Shown piece after piece: positions 59,104-64,000 of a stretch of 64,000 nucleotides of DNA (position 1 is its first letter; each line of letters begins with the position of its first letter). This stretch comes from Escherichia coli (GTDB lineage Bacteria; Pseudomonadota; Gammaproteobacteria; Enterobacterales; Enterobacteriaceae). Position numbers and translations under genes: made by a program. Where the stretch lies: the NCBI RefSeq assembly GCF_030384885.1, contig NZ_CP128613.1. One strand, 5' to 3'. The notes beneath the pieces were generated by a model that was given only the letters and a program-made list of their open reading frames with translations, did not search any database and was not told the DNA's origin.

Positions 59104-59250
59104 ACAAGGGTAAGGGAGGATTTCTCCCCCCTCTGAATTGGTTGTTAGTAAGTCGGGAAACTTAACAGTAACAACACAATCAGTATGATGACGAACTTCA
59201 TCATAACCCTTTCCTTATGCAAGGCCCCTTCCTCGGGAGGGGCTTTCCCG
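59104..59250 (+). ncRNA. sibD: Sib antitoxin sRNA, copy 2 (probably SibD); ends approximate
   Basis: The architecture is the same as copy 1. TTGACG lies at 59069..59074 and TAAAGT at 59092..59097. The terminator hairpin lies at 59224..59243. Confidence 0.7.
59145..59204 (-). CDS. ibsD: Ibs type I toxin peptide, 19 aa (MMKFVIILIVLLLLSFPTY)
   Basis: Hand translation of the minus strand gives atg atg aag ttc gtc atc ata ctg att gtg ttg tta ctg tta agt ttc ccg act tac taa. Confidence 0.75.
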   Translation of the reverse strand: MMKFVIILIVLLLLSFPTY

Positions 59251-59443
59251 TTTCAGCCCCTTGCTGATTCCCCGATTGTTGATGAGCGCCAGACCCCGCG
59301 CAATGCTTTCTCTTATGCAGTTTTCTCTTCCCCGAGTTGGCTCGCAAAACGCTGTAACAACCTGATCATTTGTACTTTTTAGCGGAACGCAGATATAAAA
59401 AATCCCCGGCTTTTTGGGCCAGGGATTATTCATAGAAGAGGGT

Positions 59444-61105
59444 TTATTCTGTTTTTTCTTCGACGGGAGTTGTTGAGGTTAAGGGGGAAGTCAATGCCGC
59501 CAGTGAGCCGCCTGAAACACCAATTTCATTGAGCAAGGAGTCAATCAGCGGTGCCTGTGTGCGGTAAGAAAGGGCGGCAGACAATGCCTGTTCTGCCAGG
59601 TTTCCGCCACTAACGCTGCCTGATGCCGCATCCCCCGCAGCACCACCTCGGTTTAATCCATCGACCTGAATAATCTTGATGCCGTCAATGGACTTCATCG
59701 GCTCAACGGATTTCTCTATTACTGCAGGTAACGACTGTAATAGCGCCAGTTTGAATTTAAGGCTGGTTTGCTCGTCAGAAAGTACGTTGATAGCGTCGTT
59801 CAGCGCACGTTGCGCTTCTGCTTCCGCCAGGCCTTTTTTGCGTGTTGCTTCGGCTAACTCAACGATCGCCGCCGCCTGCATCTCTGCGGCTTCTTTCTCT
59901 GCTTTCGCCCGCACGGTCAGTTCAACCGCTTTGGTTTCTGCATCCTGCGCGGCAGCGATTAGGGCAACTTGTTTAGCACGATCGGCTTCTGCGGTCTGGC
60001 GAGTGGTTTCTACGTTTTGCTGGGCGCTTACCGCTTCTGCAAGTGCAAGGTTGGCACGCGCTTCCGCTTGTGACTGCTGTTCCGATTTGGCGGCAATAGC
60101 GATCGATTTCGTCTGGTTGGCGATTTCGGTGACCTGCTGCTGTTCAATCTCTTTAATGCGAACTTCACGTTCAGCTTCAACTTTTCTGGAACGGACGGCC
60201 TGTTCGCGGTCGATTTCCGTTTCCTGAATCTGTCGTTCAGCCAGAATTCGCGTCTGCTCTGCTTCCCGACGACGCTCGGCCTCAAAAGCCGCAATTTTCG
60301 CATTCTGCTCAGCGGTACGGGTTTTAACCTGCTGCTCCTGCTCAAGCGTCATAAACGCTTCTTGCTGTTCAATCTCCAGCTTCCGCGAAAGCGCATCACG
60401 GTTTTTCTCACGCACCGCAACTTCTACATCCTGTTCAACTTCGTTACGTTCGCGACGACGGCGCTCCGTCTCCTGCGTCAGCTTGGTTAAACCTTCGGCG
60501 TCAAAGGCGTTGTTAGGATTGAAATGTTCTTTCGACGTCTGGTTAAAGTTGGTAAGTGAAACGCTTTCCAGTTCCAGGCCGTTTTTCGACAGATCTTCAG
60601 CAACGGTATTTTGTACGCCCTGCACGAAGTTCTCGCGGGTATCCTGTAACTCATGCATGGTCATTTGTGCAGCTGTTGCACGGAGGGCATCGACAAATTT
60701 ATCTTCAACCAACATACGTAAGTCTTCAGGCGACAGGGTGCGTTGCCCCAGCGTCTGGGCGGCGGTGGCAATACCTTCCACTGACGGTTTTACCCGCACA
60801 AAGAAAGCGACCACGACATCGACGCGCATACGATCTTTCGTAATCAGGCTATCAATGGTTGAGCGGCTGACTTCCAGTTTCAGGGTATTCATATTGATGG
60901 GAATTATTTCATGGAAGATTGGCATCACGATTGCGCCACCGCTCATCACCACTTTTTGACCACCTAAACCAGTACGAACAAATGCTTGCTCTGCCGAAGC
61001 GCGACGATAGAGCCTGGCGAAAATAATCCCAATAATAAACAGAACGCATACGGCAATAATTGCGGTAAACATCCAGGAGGGCATAGAATTAACAATATCA
61101 TCCAT
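59444..61105 (-). CDS. yqiK: SPFH/flotillin-like membrane protein YqiK (553 aa)
   Basis: Track ORF MDDIVNSMPSWMFTAIIAVCVLFIIGIIFARLYRRASAEQAFVRTGLGGQKVV... has a long E/A/Q-rich coiled coil. A terminator hairpin ccctggc-ccaaaaa-gccgggg followed by a T-run lies on the minus strand at about 59399..59427. Confidence 0.93.
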   Translation of the reverse strand: MDDIVNSMPSWMFTAIIAVCVLFIIGIIFARLYRRASAEQAFVRTGLGGQKVVMSGGAIVMPIFHEIIPINMNTLKLEVSRSTIDSLITKDRMRVDVVVAFFVRVKPSVEGIATAAQTLGQRTLSPEDLRMLVEDKFVDALRATAAQMTMHELQDTRENFVQGVQNTVAEDLSKNGLELESVSLTNFNQTSKEHFNPNNAFDAEGLTKLTQETERRRRERNEVEQDVEVAVREKNRDALSRKLEIEQQEAFMTLEQEQQVKTRTAEQNAKIAAFEAERRREAEQTRILAERQIQETEIDREQAVRSRKVEAEREVRIKEIEQQQVTEIANQTKSIAIAAKSEQQSQAEARANLALAEAVSAQQNVETTRQTAEADRAKQVALIAAAQDAETKAVELTVRAKAEKEAAEMQAAAIVELAEATRKKGLAEAEAQRALNDAINVLSDEQTSLKFKLALLQSLPAVIEKSVEPMKSIDGIKIIQVDGLNRGGAAGDAASGSVSGGNLAEQALSAALSYRTQAPLIDSLLNEIGVSGGSLAALTSPLTSTTPVEEKTE

Positions 61106-61131
61106 TATTAAATTTCCTTTTGATTAATAAA

Positions 61132-61761
61132 TTACAGTATTTGGGGCCAGGGATTTTTTTCCGCCAAATATCGCGTTGCAGAAAGTCGGCAAATAATTAA
61201 TACTTTGTCTCCTTTAGTGAAAGTTTTTTCTTCTTCAGGTTCCAGTAGTAAATAATGTATTTGGCCAAATTGATCGGTGAGTTTTCCTTCACAGGGGTTA
61301 CCTGAAGTGGCCTGATGTCCGGTAATTAATGCCATGCAGCCAATATAATCGTCTTCTGTAATAGCAGTGCTATGATCTCGTGGTAACCAGGGCGCAATTA
61401 CTTTACCGGTATAATGCACTGCAATAATCGTTAGCAGTAAACTGACAGGAACCACAAACAGATTTGTGAGTGGTGATTGCCAGACCATGATGCAGACCTG
61501 CTGTAGCAGGATGCCAATAAGGCCAAAAAAACCAGCATGTAAGCAGAGAACGACGAGAGCTGGCAATCTTCCAAAATTGAGATAATGAAGTGCCTGGCTA
61601 ATATGGCCTGTGGTTATGGAATCATAATGGTCAAGATGTGCATCAAGAGCACCGGAAAGCATGTGACCGCAGATAAGTGCAAAAATTTCTAAAAGGCCGA
61701 TCAAAAGTACAAAAGAAATAGCGAAAAGATAAGGGGTGTTATAGTCAGCGAATAAAATCAT
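61132..61761 (-). CDS. yqiJ: NfeD-like inner membrane protein YqiJ (209 aa)
   Basis: Track [38 protein letters not shown]... lies upstream of yqiK and is co-oriented with it, a classic NfeD-SPFH pair. Confidence 0.9.
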   Translation of the reverse strand: MILFADYNTPYLFAISFVLLIGLLEIFALICGHMLSGALDAHLDHYDSITTGHISQALHYLNFGRLPALVVLCLHAGFFGLIGILLQQVCIMVWQSPLTNLFVVPVSLLLTIIAVHYTGKVIAPWLPRDHSTAITEDDYIGCMALITGHQATSGNPCEGKLTDQFGQIHYLLLEPEEEKTFTKGDKVLIICRLSATRYLAEKNPWPQIL

Positions 61762-62029
61762 ATGTCACTCCAATGTCCATTTAGTGACGCAATATTTATT
61801 TTGCGATAATTTCCTTGCTTACATTTATCTTTGTTAATAATAACACATGTTAGAGAAGTTCTGGAAGAGAAAGTCTTTTAATATGGTTTTTTATTTTTCA
61901 CTAAAAAGTGTGATCGGGGACAATATATTTACGCACGTTATGTTTAAAGGCACTACACTGATTGGGGAATACTGAAATCAGAAAAAGCATATGGCCTTAA
62001 AAGGTATGCGATAACCGGAGGATGTGCTT

Positions 62030-62230
62030 ATGGATCATAGTCTTAATTCTTTAAATAATTTCGATTTCCTGGCGCGTAGTTTTGCCAGAATGCACGCAGA
62101 AGGTCGCCCGGTCGATATTCTGGCCGTTACTGGTAACATGGATGAAGAACATAGAACCTGGTTTTGCGCACGTTATGCCTGGTATTGCCAACAAATGATG
62201 CAAACCAGAGAACTTGAATTAGAACACTGA
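62030..62230 (+). CDS. glgS: GlgS (surface composition regulator, 66 aa)
   Basis: ATG at 62030 ([66 protein letters not shown]). Confidence 0.93.
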
Positions 62231-62234
62231 TATT

Positions 62235-62257
62235 ACGGGCCGTCTGGCCCGTTTTTG
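62235..62257 (+). terminator. glgS rho-independent terminator
   Basis: acgggcc-gtct-ggcccgt is followed by ttttgtg. It fills almost all of the 34-bp gap before the ubiK stop codon. Confidence 0.8.
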
Positions 62258-62264
62258 TGTTGCT

Positions 62265-62564
62265 TTATTCTGCTTTATCAACCGGCGGGATAGCTGGAGG
62301 AGATTGAAGTTCTGCTACCGGATTATTGCGCGCTTCCAGTTCGCTGATGCGTTGTTCCAGTAACGCCAGTTTTTCACGAGTCCGTAACAGGACTTGCGTC
62401 TGAACGTCGAATTCTTCGCGGCTTACCAGATCGAGACGCGTCAACTGCGCTTGTAGGGTTTGGCGGATTTTTTTCTCCACATCTTCCCCGAACTCCCTGA
62501 TTCCTTTAGGCATTGATTCGTGAACCTGGCGAGCGATTTGCTCAATTTTTTTCGGGTCAATCAT
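62265..62564 (-). CDS. ubiK: ubiquinone biosynthesis accessory factor UbiK/YqiC (BMFP family, 99 aa from ATG 62564)
   Basis: [79 protein letters not shown]... The track ORF extends 12 codons further upstream. Confidence 0.88.
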   Translation of the reverse strand: MIDPKKIEQIARQVHESMPKGIREFGEDVEKKIRQTLQAQLTRLDLVSREEFDVQTQVLLRTREKLALLEQRISELEARNNPVAELQSPPAIPPVDKAE

Positions 62565-62685
62565 TGTAGTTTCCCTGTACTGATAGGTGTTGAGTTCCAT
62601 TGTAGTGCGATAAGGTTAAGTCATAAACCAGAATAATGTGAAGCTATGCGTTGCTGCCGCTAATCATTAGCGTTATAGTGAATCC

Positions 62686-62900
62686 GCTTATTCTCAGGGC
62701 GGGGCGAAATTCCCCACCGGCGGTAAATCAACTCAGTTGAAAGCCCGCGAGCGCTTTGGGTGCGAACTCAAAGGACAGCAGATCCGGTGTAATTCCGGGG
62801 CCGACGGTTAGAGTCCGGATGGGAGAGAGTAACGATTCTGTCGGGCATGGACCCGCTCACGTTATTTTGGCTATATGCCGCCACTCCTAAGACTGCCCTG
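62686..62900 (+). promoter_or_regulatory. sroG: FMN riboswitch (RFN element, SroG region) in the ribB leader
   Basis: gcttattctcagggcggggcgaaattccccaccggcggtaa...agcccgcgagcg...ggacagcagatccggtgtaattccggggccgacggttagagtccggatgggagagagtaacg matches the conserved RFN aptamer, which spans about 62686..62834. The expression platform follows. Confidence 0.92.
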
Positions 62901-62937
62901 ATTCTGGTAACCATAATTTTAGTGAGGTTTTTTTACC

Positions 62938-63591
62938 ATGAATCAGACGCTACTTTCCTCTTTTGGTACGCCTTTCGAACGTGTTGAAAATGCACTGGCT
63001 GCGCTGCGTGAAGGACGCGGTGTAATGGTGCTTGATGATGAAGACCGTGAAAACGAAGGCGATATGATCTTCCCGGCAGAAACCATGACCGTTGAGCAGA
63101 TGGCGCTGACCATTCGCCACGGTAGCGGTATTGTTTGCCTGTGCATTACTGAAGATCGCCGTAAACAACTCGATCTGCCAATGATGGTAGAAAATAACAC
63201 CAGCGCCTATGGCACCGGTTTTACCGTGACCATTGAAGCGGCTGAAGGTGTGACTACCGGTGTTTCTGCCGCTGATCGTATTACGACCGTTCGCGCAGCG
63301 ATTGCCGATGGCGCAAAACCTTCTGATCTGAATCGTCCTGGCCACGTTTTCCCACTGCGCGCGCAGTCAGGTGGTGTGCTGACGCGTGGCGGCCATACTG
63401 AAGCGACTATTGATCTGATGACGCTGGCAGGCTTTAAACCAGCTGGTGTGTTGTGTGAGCTGACTAATGACGATGGCACGATGGCGCGTGCACCAGAGTG
63501 CATTGAGTTTGCCAATAAACACAATATGGCGCTCGTGACTATTGAAGACCTGGTGGCATACCGTCAGGCACATGAGCGTAAAGCTAGTTAA
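62938..63591 (+). CDS. ribB: 3,4-dihydroxy-2-butanone-4-phosphate synthase RibB (217 aa)
   Basis: Track [59 protein letters not shown]... Confidence 0.98.
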   Translation: MNQTLLSSFGTPFERVENALAALREGRGVMVLDDEDRENEGDMIFPAETMTVEQMALTIRHGSGIVCLCITEDRRKQLDLPMMVENNTSAYGTGFTVTIEAAEGVTTGVSAADRITTVRAAIADGAKPSDLNRPGHVFPLRAQSGGVLTRGGHTEATIDLMTLAGFKPAGVLCELTNDDGTMARAPECIEFANKHNMALVTIEDLVAYRQAHERKAS

Positions 63592-63617
63592 TAACTCAAA
63601 ATATTGAAGATGAAAAC

Positions 63618-63643
63618 GCCGGGATATTCCCGGCATTTTTCTG
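63618..63643 (+). terminator. ribB rho-independent terminator
   Basis: gccggga-tatt-cccggc is followed by attttt. Confidence 0.8.
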
Positions 63644-63644
63644 G

Positions 63645-64000
63645 TTAGTTGTAGTTGATTTTAACGATCAGGTCTTTCTGGAACGGACCATAGACCAGAG
63701 AGTCACCTGGTTTTTGGCTTAATTCGGCATGATAATTGCGGGTTGCTATTGCTGCACTTTGTCCGGGAATATAAGCGCTAAAAAATTTGAATTGGTTAAA
63801 TTCAATATCTTCTTGCGTTTTTTGATCGGTAATTCGCATGAGCAACCCGTTACCCATTTCCAGATGCGTGTTATCATATAATGTATCCGAAGTAAAGAAA
63901 TTGGTGGCAATGTCAAATTTTTCAGTACAATTGGCTGCCACATCTCTTATAGTAGAAACGCTGAATGCCGCTTTAGGTGCGAATGTTGAAATGGAATTCA
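63645..64000 (-). CDS. C-terminal part of a fimbrial-like (chaperone-usher subunit/adhesin-like) protein; the ORF is open to the window edge
   Basis: The frame stays open from 64000. My translation is ...NSISTFAPKAAFSVSTIRDVAANCTEKFDIATNFF...SLVYGPFQKDLIVKINYN*. The C-terminal G-x-F-x(8-9)-Y pattern is typical of pilin-fold subunits. The ORF is AT-rich. The assignment is weak. Confidence 0.4.
   Translation of the reverse strand, partial: NSISTFAPKAAFSVSTIRDVAANCTEKFDIATNFFTSDTLYDNTHLEMGNGLLMRITDQKTQEDIEFNQFKFFSAYIPGQSAAIATRNYHAELSQKPGDSLVYGPFQKDLIVKINYN

Larger units (their letters stand above)
58692..59445. repeat. tandem duplication (2 x ~377 bp) carrying the Sib/Ibs type I toxin-antitoxin modules (QUAD/SIB repeats)
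   Basis: ttgacgctg[t/a]t..ttttttcaacctaaagtaaaggaacaagggtaagggaggatttctcccccctctgaattggttgtta begins at 58692 and again at 59069. The two copies are near-identical throughout. Confidence 0.9.

Noticed and set aside
58808-59433. ORFs of 101, 89, 65 and 72 aa inside the sib/ibs repeats (MMTNFIITLSLCKAPSSGG... and the reverse-strand ORFs).
   Set aside because: The region is explained by the Sib sRNAs and the 19-aa Ibs peptides. The 'MMTNFII' ORFs are simply the antisense reading of ibs and run through the Sib terminator hairpin.
59018-61160. A shared 11-mer, atccctggccc, occurs in the yqiK terminator, in its duplicated copy, and in the last codons of yqiJ (KNPWPQIL). This could be taken as a relic of a repeat.
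   Set aside because: Thousands of chance 11-mer matches are expected when comparing 64 kb against itself on both strands. There is no extended similarity around the yqiJ copy.

Overview
This window is an Escherichia coli-type chromosomal segment. It is collinear with, and inverted relative to, the K-12 interval running from yqjG to ribB. It includes exuRT-uxaCA, alx, rlmG, fadH, ygjIJK, ebgRAC, patA, aer, the rpsU-dnaG-rpoD operon, ttdRABT, cca, glnE, hldE, yqiJK and ribB. About 60 genes are identified by my recall of the proteins plus start, stop and length arithmetic. No database search was possible. Most of the window is ordinary, densely packed core genome. It carries known RNA elements: ileX tRNA, the alx yybP-ykoY leader, the ribB FMN riboswitch, two Sib/Ibs type I toxin-antitoxin repeats, and several REP/BIME elements.

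Four places differ from the K-12 layout as I remember it.
1. The slot upstream of the antitoxin gene higA, where K-12 has the toxin gene higB, holds an AT-rich gene instead. It encodes a 265-aa membrane-anchored protein whose C-terminal domain looks DUF1266-like (YbeR/YbeU family). This is my best candidate for an undescribed two-gene module.
2. An apparently intact IS200/IS605-family element, with divergent tnpA (Y1/HUH) and tnpB (RuvC plus zinc finger), sits in the ygiM-ygiF divergent promoter region.
3. ygjP carries a 1-nt frameshift in a homopolymer run.
4. glgS and ubiK (yqiC) are directly adjacent. K-12, from memory, has the ygiL-yqiGHI fimbrial operon between them. A fimbrial-like ORF instead runs off the window edge downstream of ribB.

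Many long ORFs in the supplied track are antisense shadows of real genes or translations of REP repeats, and I rejected them.
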